From contig NW_024704743.1 in NCBI RefSeq assembly GCF_018977255.1, positions 434,001 to 498,000 on the forward strand: DNA of 64,000 nucleotides, in the 5' to 3' direction. The position numbers and the translations under genes were made by a program. A model generated the notes under the pieces. The model saw nothing but the letters and a program-made list of their open reading frames with translations, had not been told where the DNA came from and did no database searches. Numbering within the stretch: the first letter of the stretch is position 1; every line of letters starts with the position of its first letter. The DNA comes from Callorhinchus milii. Its lineage: Eukaryota. Shown in pieces: positions 38,601 through 52,332 of the stretch.

Positions 38601-41600
38601 CCTCTCTCTCTCTCTCTCTCAAACCATCTGTAACGTCCCCCTGAAAACTCTCCGCCTTGAACTCCTTCCCTTCCCACTTTGGCGTCTGGCATCGTCTCAC
38701 GCGAACGTAGACTTCCCAACTCTTCCCTCCACAGCTCTCCTGATGTCGGGCTCCGTGACCCTCTCAGCCCCACCCTCACCCGGCTCCACTGCTCCCCGTA
38801 ACCCAGAGGATAGGGTTCAAGATACTCGTCCTCACCTTTGAAGCCCTGCACCGCGGTCTTCTGCACCGCGGTCCACTGCTCCTCCCTATCTCTACGGCCT
38901 GCCCGCTCCCTCCGCTTCGCGTCCCCCTGCCCTGTCCCCTCCACCCAGGCCTTTCTGCTCTCACCTTCTATCCCACAGTCCCTCCGCGTCATCCCCACCG
39001 CCCCAACCCTCCACCCCCCCGACTCCTTCAAGGCCTGTCTCGAGACTTTCCTCTTTGATCGTGCTTTCAGCCACCCTCCCCTGCTCTCCAACCCTTCCGA
39101 TTCCAACCCCCCCCCCCCAGCTCGCAAGAGAGAGAGGACCCGGGCGAGGCGAAAAATCAAGCGAGTTTCCTTACTCCGCATGCCTCTCTGCGTAGGAACC
39201 CGGTTGTTAGTCGATTGGCGGATCGCTTTCCGGGAGTAATAATCCACGGCTGTTTGTGGGGCACTGCTGTACGTAATTGGTGGTCACGTTTCGTCTACAA
39301 AACATACAGCCAATCCACTTTACAGCGTATTCTGTGAAGCGCTTTGAGACGTCCAACAACACGAGGATTATTATTATTATTATATGCAACTTGTTGATGT
39401 CCCCTTATCCAGCTATGTCCACCAGGTGGCTCCCCGTCACCATTGATATTGGGTATTACCTGAACCTTTTCTGCTTCATCTCAGCCGAGTTCTCCACCAG
39501 TACCCCCACCCCACCACCTGCCTTTTCTCCACACTTCCCCCTCTTTCTTGCTTGCTACCCCCACTGACTGGTCAAGCGCTCTGAGACGCCGTCCGGCATG
39601 AAGGGCGCTGTGTATTTACAAGTTGTTGTTTTGTTGTTGATTGATCAAACCACAAACCTCTTGATTTCCAGACAGCTGGAGCAAATCATGCTAAGCTGTT
39701 TTATCTTGTGCTGAACAATAAAACCCGATGTCTCGGCCTGCTATTGAGAAGGGGGTAAATTCACAACAAATCTGTGGAAACGCTACTTCAGTGAGCGAGT
39801 AGTGAACCTTAGGGAGACAAACGGTGGAAGCAGAAAGTGTGATTTGTTGCAAGAACGAATGAGATAGATTTCTGTTAGGAAATAATATCTGGGGATACAG
39901 TATATAGTTTGGGGACACGACATGTCAAGCGACTTCCACAGTATGGTGGAAGGAAAGTGAACTGGATGCACCTTGGTCTTCCTTCGCCAGCAAATCCTTC
40001 TGTCCTTAAACCGAGGTGAATATGGACTGTGCTGTTTTTCTCTCTCTCGCTCTCTCTAACCCCCCTAACTCTGGCCTCTCCTGTGTTGCTGACCTTCTAA
40101 GCACTGCTGGAATGCAGTCAGGAGCCAGTGGCAACGCTTTGAGCTCCAGCCAAGAGGAGCCTCATTGGGAAGCTTTTCTGAATCAAAGCCAGGAGGTCAA
40201 ACACAGTTATGTCCGAGAAGCAGCAGATTTAATAACAATAATCCTTGCATTTGATATAGTGCTTTATCGCATCGTCCAGGCATCTCAAAGCGCTTCACAG
40301 GATAATAATAATCCTTGCATTTGATAAAGCGCCTTATCACGTCTTCGAGACGTCTTAAAGCGCTTAAAAGTGTAAAGCCAATTGACTTTACAAGGTGTCT
40401 CCATTTTTAAGTCTCGTCCCCTGAATCTGAATTTAAAACAGTTTGTTTCAAAGAAATTCAAAAATAATAATCTTTAAATTTGATCATCTCATTTAGACGT
40501 CTCAAAGTGTGTCACAGAATATATTGTAAGCGAATTGACTTTGTATTTTGTGGGCGAAACACGACAGCCAATTGCGCACAGCAGTGACCCACAGATAGTC
40601 ATGGATTGAGTGACCACATTTTTTTTAGGGGATTATTACCGTCGGAAAATCGATCTACCAATCAACTAACAACTAGGTTCCTATTTACTGCTCGGTAAAC
40701 AGAGGCGTGTGAAGTAAGGAAACCTGCCTAAGGTTTCGCCCCACCTGGGAATCAAACGCAGGTGAGTGCTCTACCCACCACGCTACAGGTCTGCTAATTC
40801 TCAGCACTAATCTCTGTGTTCTTTGCAATAACAATGGCTTCAATAAATAATTCTTTGCTAATACATTGGCAAGTCTCAGAGCACTTTATAATAATATTGA
40901 TAATAATACATCTAATAATATTCTTTGCATTTGATGCAGTGCCTACCAAACAAGTGCTTTATAGGAGTTACTGTAAAGCGGAGTGAAATACTGGGTATGT
41001 TGTTGACTAATGCAGCCAATTTGCTCAAGGCAACGCCTAACAAACAGCCATGAAGTGAATGACCAATTTTACCTACTATGATTGTGGCCAGGGCACTGGG
41101 TGAGAGAAATTTCCTTCTCTCTTTTGGTTGAGCTCCGGTTTCTTTACAACAACAACAACTTGCATTTATATAGTCCCTTCACGCAGGGCAGCGTCCTGGA
41201 GTGCTTGACAGTAGCAGAGTCTGACAACGAGTCGGGGGGGGGGGGGGGAAGAGAGATGACCATAAGCACAATCAAAAAGGAAGGTCTTTAGGTGGGATTT
41301 GAAAGTGGTCGGGGGGGGGGGTTAAGGCGGAGGGATTGAGGGAGAAAATATGAATGCGATCTGGAAATCAATCCATTCGGTAATTGGGAGCCGGTGGAGC
41401 TCGGCGAGGAATGGTGTGATGGGGGTACGGGTGAGTATGTGGGTGGCGGAGTTTTGAATCAGTTGGATCTTGTGGCTGGTGGACCAACGAGGTGGGCAAC
41501 ACCTTCACCACTGGTCCTGTGCGTGAAGGCAGAGGTTTAATGAGGCCCCGATCGCATGTTGGAACAGGGAGGGAGCTGGGGAGTGGGTTAATCTGGCTGC

Positions 41601-43465
41601 ACTGCATTCCACACGCCTGACATAATCACAGCTTGTCTTGTGGGTTGGTTCTGTGTAAGAGCAGGCAGCAGCGAGTGGCTGGGAGCAGGGGAGGCAACCA
41701 CTGGCTGGAGAGTAAGCAACAGATGTGCCTCTACACACGCAGCACACACCATATATCATAGACATGTATTGTACACAACAACATCTAATGACATTTACAC
41801 AGCGCCCGCCTTTCACGTCAGGAGGACGTCCCAAGCGCTGGACAGTCAGGGATTTGGACCCGAGCTGGTGGTTGGGATCAGTAGGGGTTAAGAGGGTGCC
41901 AGAAGGCAAGGTTGAAGAGGAGGGTCTTGAGATGGGCCTTGAAGAAGACATGGGAGGGAGTGAGGCGAAGGGACTGTGGAATGGAGTTCCAACAACAACA
42001 ACTTGCATCCCTCACCCAGGATAGCATCACAGAGTGTTCCCAGCGACTTCTGTTTTTGTTTCAGATTTTCAGCATCTGCAGTATTTAGCCTTTGCTTTGT
42101 TGACGCGCTCCCCTACAAACAGCCACTACACATTGCAGCAGGTCAGGCTGCATCTATGGAGAGGGGAAAATGAGTTAATGTTTCCAGTCGATGACCTTCC
42201 GTCAGAACTGTTTCGTTAATTGGATTTTTAACGTCTACCTGAACAGGAAGCGGGACCTCAGTTTAACGTCTCGATCTAGAGGACGGCAACTGATTTGTAC
42301 AGAGGCTTTGGGAGTGGGAGCTGAGCGGTGGGGGTGAGAAGATGACCGAAAGCGCGGTCAAAAAGATTGGTCTTGACATGATAGTCCTTGAGTGGGCTGA
42401 GGGAGAGAATTTCCAGAGAGAGTGGGGGGGGGTGCCATATAATAATAATGATGATATAATAATAACAATAATAATCCTTGCATTTGATATTGAGCCTTAT
42501 CAAGTCTTCAAGGTGTCTCAAAGCATTTCACAGAATATACTGTAAAGTGTGGTGGCTGTAGGTTTTGTGGGCGAATTGAGTACAGCTAATTGGGTACAGC
42601 AGTGTCCCACAAACAGTCGTGGATTGAGTGACCAACTTTTTTTTTTTTCAAGGGATTATTATGCCCGGAAAGCGATCCACCAATCGACTAACAACCGGAT
42701 TCCTACCTATGGCTGGGTAAACAGAGGCTCGATAAAGCATTTAGGTGTGGTCCTGCTCATTCAGTGTCCCCGTGTTGAAGAGTCTCATCATGTCTCAAAG
42801 GTATTTGAGCTGCAGGTCTGAACAAGTGAGCCCTGGTTCCTTCGCTAGCGTACTAAACCCTTCACACAGGTGGCTGCCAATGTAGGACACTGCCCCTTAG
42901 CTCTGCCACATCAGTGTGTCAGCCTGGCTCAGTGGTAGCTCTTTCTCTCTCTCTCTCTCTCGCGCCCCTCTGAGTCACAAGGTTGTGGGTTCAAGACCCA
43001 CCTCAGGACTTGGAATCACATGGTCTAAGCTAAACCCACTGCTGTGCGCAAACTGGCTTCTGCATTCCATCCACAGAAATACAGTCACTACGCTTTACAG
43101 TGTATCCTATGAAACGCTGTTTCAATCAATTGCGAGGATTGTTTGATTGCATTTGCCTGCATTTTGACGCTTGACAGCAAAGTGCGTTTGAGATGTTTCG
43201 AAGTGAGGGACGCTGTATCAAATGCGAGGATTTACTACAAAGGTTGGAGGCCAAGTTATGACACAATAAATAATTTACTGCCCAGTCACTCATACTTTAT
43301 ATTAGTTCTAATGCACTTGGTGGAGTTCAGGGCTTCACCTAATACCAGCTGAGGCTTTTCAGTGATTCACTTCACATTAATATAATGCGTCCAGTTGATT
43401 TCAAGTGACCTCAGTGCTTGAGGTGGTTACCTGAAATTTCTGATTCAGGAGATCAGATAAATCAT

Positions 43466-43792
43466 GTGGAGTCCTGTAGCTCAGTGGTTAGAGCACTCGC
43501 TTTGCAAGTGAGAGACCTGAGTTCAATTCCAGGCAGAGGGCGAAACCTTGGGCAAGTTTCCTTACTTCACACAGAGCCTAATAATAATCCTCCAAAACCA
43601 AAAACAATAATAAATTGGTCATTTTCAATCTACAACTGTTTGTGGGACATTGCTGGGCGCAATTGGCAGCCGCGTTCGCCCACAAATATACAGTCAATTC
43701 ACTTTACAGTGTGTTCTGTGAAGCGCTTTGGGACGTCCTCCTGACATGAAAAGTGCTATATCAAATGCGAGGATTATTATTATTATTATTAT
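43466..43792 (+). mobile_element. Full-length tRNA(Ala)-derived SINE, representative of the dominant family (dozens of fragments window-wide)
   Basis: A box TAGCTCAGTGG, anticodon-like CTCGC-TTTGCAA-GTGAG, B box GTTCAATTCC, body AATTGGCWGCCGCGTT, tail AAGCGCTTTG..GCTATATCAAATGC..(ATT)n. Confidence 0.9.
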
Positions 43793-43934
43793 ACTGTGGA
43801 TAGTGGGGGGTGGGAGAGAATGCGGGCGTTATTTACCTCACCCCCCTTGGAGCCCTGTAGCTCAGTGGTTCAAGCGCTCACCTAAACGTCAGAGAATCTT
43901 TGTGATGGATTGATGAATGAATGAAGTGATTATA

Positions 43935-44310
43935 TAGACTACGAGGAGCGATTAGATAAACTGAGCATGTTCACACTGGAGAAGAGAAGGTTGAGGGCCG
44001 ATATGATTACAGTCTTTAAGATTCTGAAGGGAATAGATAATGTAGACCATGACAAGCTGTTTTATCTTGTACCAGAGGACACGGCCTGCAGGGGGGTAAA
44101 TTCAGAATAAATCTGCGGAAAAACCACCTCAGTGAGCGAGTAATGGAACAGGCTCCCCAGAGAGACAGACGGCAGAAGCAGAAAATATTGTTTGTTTCAA
44201 GAACAAATGAGATAGATTTCTGCTAGAAACGAATATCTGGGAATACAGCATGTAGTTTGGGGCACGACATGTCAAGTGACTGCCAGGATGGCAAAATTCT
44301 TATGTTCTTA
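43935..44310 (+). mobile_element. CR1 LINE 3' fragment (relatives ~39690-40005, ~36820-36980, ~26395-26480)
   Basis: DYEERLDKLSMFTLEKRRLRADMITVFKILKGIDNVDHDKLF is the CR1 ORF2 C-terminal signature. Confidence 0.9.
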
Positions 44311-45912
44311 TTTGGAATAGCACAGCCGTGAGCTGGTGCACACAGTACGCTAATCAGAAGGCACGAATCCCCACAGTTCAAGGAGCCTCAGTTACAGAGC
44401 CGACTCGCTACATGAATATTTCATACCTCTGGAAGGAGCCTGTTGTGAATATATTAATGTGGCGAGTTGTGTTTGTACGTATCTTCGGGTTTACGGGGGT
44501 GTGTGCCGGGAGCCTTCAAAGTTTCTTCAGTCATCGTGTTGCCACGGTAACATCGCTAGAGAAAGCCATTCCGCTCAGCAAGTCTGCTCCATCACTTTAC
44601 GGACATAGCGGCTGGTCTTTTAATCCCGCTTCCTGAAGTTATCAGTGGTTAGAGCGCTCGCCTCTCAAGCGAGAGGACCCGGGTCCAATTCCCGGTCAGG
44701 GCGAAACCTTAGTTACCTAACTCCACACACCTGTTTACCGAGGAATAAGTAGAAACCCGGTTGTTAGTTGATTGGCAGATCACTTCCTGGAGTAATAATC
44801 CCTCAATCTACCCCCCACCCAAGAAAAAAAATTGCTGTGCGCAATTGACTGCCGCGTTTTGCCCACAAAATACACAGTCAGTATATATTATATCTTTTCT
44901 CAAGGCTTCCCAGGTATGTCCACCCATCTATTCACTACTTAAGGATCCCAATCGATTCTGCTTCCCCTGTTGTGTGGACGCTCCACATTCTCACACCCCC
45001 TCTCGTTCTTTGAAGCAAAGGTTTCCTGACCTCACGTAAATTCTAAACGGTTTATCTCGCATTGTAAGATTATGTCCCCTTGTTTTGGATGTCTCCACCA
45101 CAGGTTCAAACCCCACATCGGAATTCTTGAACTCACTCAGTCTCGGCTCAATGTTGGGAGAGCTGTGCTTCATGGTCGGAGATGCCGTCCTTTGGATGAG
45201 ATGTTAAACCGAGGTTCAGTCTGCCTGTTCAGGCAGATGTTAAAGATCCCATAACACTGTTGAAAAAAAGAGAATAAGAATAATATTCCTAGCATTTGAT
45301 ACAGCGGTTTATCACACCTTCGAGACGTCTCAAAGCGCTTCACAGAATATACTGTAAAGTGAACTGACTGTATATTTTGTGAGTGAAACGGGGCAGCCAA
45401 TTGGGCACAGCAGCGTCCCCACAAACAGTCGTAGACTGAGTGAACAATTTTTTTGAAGTGACCAAGTTATTTTTATTACGAAGGAAATATTACTCGCGGA
45501 AAAAGTAATCCACCAATCGACTAACAACAGGATCCTACTTACCGCTGGATAAACAGAGGCGTATGGACTAAGGAAACTTGAATGTATAATTCGTGGGCGA
45601 AATGAAATCGGATTTGGGGTGTGAGGGGTTAATTGACGTCAGTGTGTTTTGGGCAAAGACTTTAATAAATGGCTTCAGGAACCCCTTATCTGGGAGCTGG
45701 AGACACACAGGCAAAGTCACAAATCAACTGCCCTGAGCCAGGCTGCCTTCATTCAGCAATTTAGTTTGAGCAAAGGGGCCCCAACATCCTGTCTGAACAG
45801 ATATCTTTTCATCCCCGTTAATGATCCTTAACACAGATTTACTGTAAATCTCTCTCTCACTCCAGGATATACTACATTTGCTCACCTGCCCAGACACGAC
45901 CCATTCATTCAT

Positions 45913-46066
45913 TCAGTTCTGTTGGAATTTATGTATTCAGTTGTAAGGCAGAAAGAGGAGAGAGACGGAGAGAAAGAGAGAGAAAGAGAGGGTCTCAGTT
46001 CTGTTGGAATTTATGTATTCAGTTGTAAGGCAGAAAAAGGAGAAAGAGAGAGAAAGAGAGGGTCTG
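45913..46066. repeat. Local tandem duplication, ~82-bp unit x2
   Basis: TCAGTTCTGTTGGAATTTATGTATTCAGTTGTAAGGCAGAAA...GAGAGGGTCT occurs twice. Confidence 0.9.
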
Positions 46067-47394
46067 AAGCTATTAGGTAGCTTTCTGTTAGGAAATAATT
46101 TCTTAGGTTAAGATATATAGTTTGGAATACGACATATGGCCAGGACGGTGGAAGGTGAACTGGATGGATCTAGGTCTTCTTTCGTCGAGCAAATTTGTAT
46201 GTTTTTATGTACAGGGTGGCTGTGTTAGAACACGTCATGGTTTCCAGAGACATCTATCTAATTTCCTTTCAAAAGAATTTACCCACCACTGCCTCAGCTT
46301 TAGGTTACCAGCAGGAGAGACTTTCCAAACATAATAAAATAACAATGATAATCTTTGCATTTGATACAGTGCCTTTCGCCTCGGGAGGACGTCTCAAAGC
46401 TTTTCACATAAAGTGAATGGACTGTATATTTTGCGGGCGAAACACAGCAGCCAATTGCGCACGGCAGGGTCCCACAAACAGTCGAGGATTGAGTGACTAC
46501 GTTTATTATTTTGAAGGGATTATTACCCCCGGAAATGTGACCTGCCAATCAACTAACAACTCACGGGTTCCTACTCACTGCCCATAAACATACAGTCACT
46601 ACGCTTTACAGTCTATCCTGTGAAGCGCTTTGAGACGTCTCGAAGATGCAACGATTATATGATATATATATTATGTGATGTAATAGAATATATATGTGAT
46701 AAATAAAACTCTTCTCTGAGCAAAGAAATGCCACTTGTTATATGCGCTTGTACTAAAACAAATAATTTCTATTCCTTTATGGGATAATTAGCCAAATGTT
46801 ACAATATGTTGAGTCTACATTTATAGCAGAGCCATATGCTATTGCTTGGCAGAATGTTTCCAGAATGTTCTTTTGAGTACTCACTGGTGGAATTAGCTGT
46901 GAGCTGAATGAGGTGTGATATCAATGCATCCTTGTCAGGGTTTTAGCCCGGCTCAGTTGGTAGCGCTCTTTCTCTCCCATGTGGGTCTCAATTCCCAATT
47001 TCAAGATCCTCACACTCGCCTTCAAATTCCTTCAGGCCCTGGATCCCCCCGACCTGCTTACTCCCCAACCCACCACCCGCCTCCTCCGCTTGACTGGCAT
47101 TCCTACAATTCCTACAATCAATCTCTGGGATTTTCATGTGCAGGTGGAATGCATGGAATTCTCAGTTCAGTTTGTGTACTCTAAAGCAACGGTGATGGGT
47201 TTCCACATGTGTCAGACACCCAGCTGACCAAAAATCACACAGGGTTTACTGTGAGTGACTGTATTTGTCGGCGAGCACAGCAGCCCAACTGTGCATAGCA
47301 ATGTTCCACAAACAAGCAGAAAACAAATGACCAATTTTACCTGGAGAATGATCTAGCCAGGCCACCGAGAGAGAGAAACTCCCTTCTCTTTTTA

Positions 47395-47582
47395 AGTAGT
47401 GCCATGGGATCTTTAACATCTACCTGAACAGGCACAGACAGGACCTCGGTTTAATGTTTCACCCAAAGGTTGACAATGCGCACATTCCAACACTGCATTG
47501 AAGTGTCAGCCTAGACTGTGAGTTGAAATCCCGACATGGGGCTTGAATCCATAACCTCTTGAATCAGAGACGACAGTGCTAT
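47395..47582 (-). mobile_element. DeuSINE/SacSINE1-like element (others ~25790-25905, ~36680-36820, ~45095-45262, ~13060-13250)
   Basis: Reverse complement of AAACCGAGG...GCCTGTTCAGGTAGATGTTAAAGATCCCATGGCACT, the Deu-domain-like core. Confidence 0.65.
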
Positions 47583-48049
47583 CAGGCATTCGCTGTTTTT
47601 CCTACAAATCTTTTACAGAATATTCTTTGAAATATTTTGACATTAAGAACGCCAAATGAAGCAAGGATTATTAAGCACTTTGAGAGGTGCTCCCGATCTG
47701 AAAGGCTCTATATAATTATAAATTTGAATTTATATTCTATTACACCACATGTGCCTATTATCTTGGGTTCGATTCCCAGGCAGGGAAAGTTTCCTTACTC
47801 CACAAAAATGTTTACCTAGCAGTAAGTAAGAATCCGGCTGTTAGTCGATTGGCAGATCACTTTTCCAGGGGTAATAATAATCCCTTTGGTCACTCAATCC
47901 ATGACTGCTGTGCACAATTGACTGTCGCATTTCGTCCACAAAATATAGTCAATTCACTTTACAGTATATTCTGTGAAGTACTTTGAAATGTCTCGAAGAC
48001 GTGATAAGGCGCTGTATCAAATGCAAGGATTATTATTATTTATCCATTG

Positions 48050-48340
48050 TCTAAGTGCTAAGCTCCGCGAGCCGATCACCCTCATCCTCGCCCAGCTTCA
48101 CTGACTCCGCTACCCCCAGAGCATCGAGTTTAAAATCCTTGTCCTCACTTTGAAGCTCTCCAAAGCCCTGCTCCGCTCTACCTCTGTGACCTTTGCTTCC
48201 TTCAAGACCCATCTCAAGACCTTCTCTTCGACCCCACCTTTGTTCACCTTCCCACTCCAACCTGCCCTGCGCTCAGCCCCTCCTGGTCCCAACCCCCTGC
48301 TCAGGTGCAAACCCGTGACTATCCAGGGCCTTGGGATGTC
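48050..48340 (+). mobile_element. L2 3' fragment
   Basis: LAQLH*L...IEFKILVL and SFKTHLKT signature. Confidence 0.8.
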
Positions 48341-48341
48341 T

Positions 48342-49514
48342 GTTTAATCAGATCCATAGCAGTAATAAGCCCTTCTGAGTACTGATCCATACTGTAAACT
48401 GAATAGAATAAAATAACAATGCATTCTGTTGATTATTTTACACGACAACTGTGTATTATCTGGGGTCTGATTCTCATTCCTTGTTCCTCCGACAAACCAT
48501 TATTGTTTTAAAGCACATTAAACAACAACCCGGTTCCTACTTGGGCTAGATAAGTACATGAGGGAGAGAGGAAATAGAAGGTTATGCTGAGGAAGGGCAG
48601 GAGGAGGCTCATGTGGAGCATAAACATTGGTATAGACCAACCAGTTGGGCTGGATGGCCTGTTTCTGTGCTGTATAGCACTCACTGCGAGGTAAACAGGA
48701 GCACGGAGTAAGGAAACTTAAGGTTTCGCCCTTCCCGGGAATTGAACATTCCCTCTTGCGAGGCGTGTAATCTAAACAACACACTACAGAACTCCATGCT
48801 GGTCTTGTTAGTGGCGCTGCCCTTCAGAATAGATTTTAAATGGTCTTTCTGTATACCTCTTCAAAAATTTAAGACATTAAAAATTCCCGTGGCACAATTT
48901 GAAAGGGTATTTTTTTTTCCCGTATCGCTGACTTCATGAATGCTCATTAGATCTTACTGTGTGCAAATTGGTTATCACATGTACATCCAAATACAGACTT
49001 GAATTGACAGTAATTCCCTGTAAAGTGGTTTTTGTGGAGTCCTGTAGCTCAGTGGTTAGAGCACTCGCTTTGCAAGCGAGAGACCGGAGTTCAATTCCAG
49101 GCAGAGGGCGAAACCTTGGGCAAGTTTCCTTACTTCACACACCTAATAATAATCCCTCCAAAACCAAAAACAATAATAAATTGGTCATTTTCAATCTACG
49201 ACTGTTTGTGGGACATTGCTGTGCGCAATTGGCTGCCGCAAATATACAGTCAATTCACTTTACAGTGTGTTCTGTGAAGAGCTTTGGGACGTCCTCCCGA
49301 CGTGAAAAGCGCTACATCAGATGCGAGGATTATTATTATTATTATTAAACGATAATGGTTTGTCAGAGGGAGCCAGGAATGAGAATCAGACAGACAATGA
49401 ATGCACAGGTGCGGTGTAATACAATCAACAGAATGCGTTGTTATTTTATTCTGTTCAGTTTGCAGTGTGGAGCATGACTCAGAAGCCTTGTTGCTGCTGT
49501 GGATCTGATCAAAA
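48342..49514. repeat. Diverged inverted repeat: arms ~48342-48512 and ~49345-49514
   Basis: Both arms read TCAGATCCA..GCAG...CTTCTGAGT...AAACTGAA.AGAATAAAATAACAA.GCATTCTGTTGATT...GTCTGATTCTCATTCCT...GACAAACCATTAT on opposite strands. Confidence 0.9.
49034..49346 (+). mobile_element. Full-length SINE, close relative of the 43466 copy
   Basis: Same head, boxes, tail and private internal segment. Confidence 0.9.
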
Positions 49515-50574
49515 CCCCTAACCAAGCTGTCAATCGAACGCGCTCGGTGTCAAGGCGCCCCCTGAGAGAGAGAGAGAGAGAGAGACAGAGGGCAGTCAGG
49601 TTGCAGGTCCAAACACACCACAGGCTGCAGAGCTCAGCTATCACTCGTTCAGCTGCAAGGCTTCTTCAGTTCAGAATCTGTTTTTTAAAAAAAAGATCAA
49701 TTGGCTGCCGCGTTTCACCCGCAAAACCCACAGTCACTACGCTTTACCGTGTTATCCCGTAAAAGCGCGTCTCGACAACATGACCAGATGCTGTTTCGAA
49801 CGCAAGGATTGTTAAATAATAATAATAATCCTTGCATTTGACGTAGCGCCTTATCACGTGCTTTCAGACGCCTCAAAGCGCTTCACAGAATACACCGTAA
49901 AATGTATGTTTTGTGGGCGAAAGCATTATTATTTATTTCGCCTTTTGCTTCTCCCCGGTGCAGATTTTTGCCTGCAATTGCACAGTCACTACGCTTTTAC
50001 ACGATCACCCACCACCAGCGCAGTAACCAAATGCAAGGATTATTCTTATTTCAACAACGTACGCCCTTCACGCGGGGTAGCGTCTCGGAGCACTTAACAG
50101 TGGCGGAGCAGGGCGCTTAATGGGGAGGTGACCGCATGCACGGTCTTCAGGTGTGATCTGAAAGCGGGGAAGGAAGAGGCAAGGCAGAGGGATTGAAGGA
50201 GAGAGTCATAAAGGTTTGGGGCGCAGTCCCGAAAGCACAGTCGCCCATGATGGAATGGAGAGGTCGAAGGACGAGCAGGAGGCCTGAGCTGGATGAGCGA
50301 AGGAGTTGGGTAGAGGAGAGGGGAATGAGTTCCAAGTGGCTGATGTTAATTTCATATGACAGGTATTGTATAAAATGAACAGTGTTAAGGTTATTAACAA
50401 TGCACGTCTCTCACTTTTACGACATCCTCAAAGCTGCCTTTCAGTTCAATTATAAAAAGAAATAATAATAATAATTCTTGCATTTGATATCACGCCTTAT
50501 TACAACATTGAAAGAACGTCAAAGCGCTACTGAAAAGTGAACTGACAGTGTCCTTTGATGGACGAAATGCGGCA

Positions 50575-52075
50575 GGGAGAGAGAGAGGGGGGGAGAGGAG
50601 AGAGAGGGGGGGAGAGAGAGAGAGAGGGGGGAAGGAGAGAGAGAAGGGGGGGGGGAAGAGAGAGAGAGAGAGAGAGGGGGGGAAGGGGGGACCTCCTCCT
50701 CACTCCCCCTCTCTCTCCCACCCCCCTCCTCCTCTCCTCTCTCCCCTCCTCCCACTCCTCTCTCCCCACTCCCTCTCCTCACTCCCCACCCCCTCACTCC
50801 CCTCCTCTCTCCCCTCCTCACTCCCCTCCTCCTCTCCTCTCTCCCTCCTCACTCCCCACTCCCTCTCCTCACTCCCCTCCTCCTCTCCTCTCTCCCCTCC
50901 TCACTCCCCTCCTCCTCTCTCCCATCCTCCCCTCCTCACTCCCCTCCTCCTCTCCTCTCTCCTCACTCCCCAACCCCTCTCCTCACTCCTCTCCTCACTC
51001 CCCTCCTCCTCTCCTCTCTCCCCTCCTCCTCTCCTCTCTCCCCTCCTCCTCTCCTCCACTCCTCTCTCCTCACTCCCCACCCCCTCTCCTCACTCTCCTC
51101 CTCTCCTCACTCCCCTCCTCTCCTCACTCCCCTCCTCTCCTCACTCCCCTCCTCTCTCCGCTCCTCCTCTCTCTCCCATCCTCCCTCCCCTCCTCCTCTC
51201 CTCACTCCCCTCCTCCTCTCTCCTCTCTCCCCTCCTCCTCTCCTCACCCCCCTCCCTCACTCCCCACCCCCTCTCCTCACTCCCCTCTCCTCTCCTCTTT
51301 CCCCTCCTCCTCTCCTCACTCCCCTCCTCCCACCCTCCTCCCCCCTGATACAGACGGTGGTGACAGTTCCGCTTTCCCCCTCTCTCCCCCGTGGCCTCGG
51401 GTTCCACATACACCCTGGGGAGAGGCAGTGGCGGCGGGAACAACTCAGTCCCCCTCTCCCTCCTCTCTCCCCTCCTTCCTCACTCCCCTCTTCCTTTCTC
51501 TATTTCTTCTGCTCATCCTTCCCTCCGCTCTTCCTTCCCTCATTCCTTTCTCTCTTCCCTCCCCTTCCCCTTTTCCTTCCCTCCCTCCTTCCTCTCTTCC
51601 TTCCCTCCCTCCTTCCTCTCTTCTCTGTCTCCTTCCTCTCTTCCCACCTTCCTCATTTCCTTCCCTCCCTCCTTCCTCGCTTCCTTCCCTCCCTCCTTCC
51701 TCTCTTCTCTGTCTCCTTCCTCTCTTCCCACCTTCCTCATTTCCTTCCCTCCCTCCGTCCTCGCTTCCTTCCCTTCCTCTCTTCCCTCCCTCCTTCCCCT
51801 CTTCATTTGTGCTCTCTCCTTTTTTTTTCCTTCGCCTCAAACCCTCGTCAGGTCTCCAACATGGAGGGAAAGCCTCGAACGTCTGTCAGATTCAAAAAGC
51901 CAAGAAAATGTGCCCCATCTGTTTCAAGGAACCCTCCTCCTTACCCTTTCTCCTTCCTTCTTCCTCCCTTCCTCCCTCCCTCCCTCTTCCTCCCTCCCTC
52001 CCTCCCTCTTCCTCCCTCCCTCCCTCCCTCTTCCTCCCTCCTTTCCTCCATCCCTTCTTTCCTCTAACACCACCA
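50575..52075. repeat. Polypurine/polypyrimidine low-complexity block (GA-rich, then CT-rich)
   Basis: Almost only C/T on + with CTCCTCACTCCC and CTTCC units. Confidence 0.95.
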
Positions 52076-52332
52076 CCTCCTCTTGCTCTTCTCCTGCCCA
52101 GGATGCGAACAAGGAGCAGGACATGGATGATAAAAAAAAATGAGAGCAGAATGGGACAGAAGCAGCTGTCAAACAAAATACTGCGCACCAGAGAGAGGAT
52201 AGACAGACAGACACACAGAGGCACAACAACAACAACAACATCCTTCAACCAGGTGCAGTATTGCTGAACCTTACAGCACAGAAGGAGGCCATTTGGCCCA
52301 TCGTGGCTCTTCGAAAGATCTACCAACAGGGG

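Noticed and set aside
40090..40240. Peptide QEVKHSYVREAADLITI resembling the RHIM-like frame at 59.1 kb
   Set aside because: The ITI part comes from an adjacent SINE tail and the remaining similarity is too short to support paralogy
43466..43545. tRNA-Ala-like cloverleaf (many similar heads in the window)
   Set aside because: No proper acceptor stem or terminator and it runs into a SINE body; not a tRNA gene
50548..52267. 570-aa and other long Pro/Ser/Leu-rich ORFs
   Set aside because: They are products of stop-poor CT low-complexity DNA that is open in several frames on both strands
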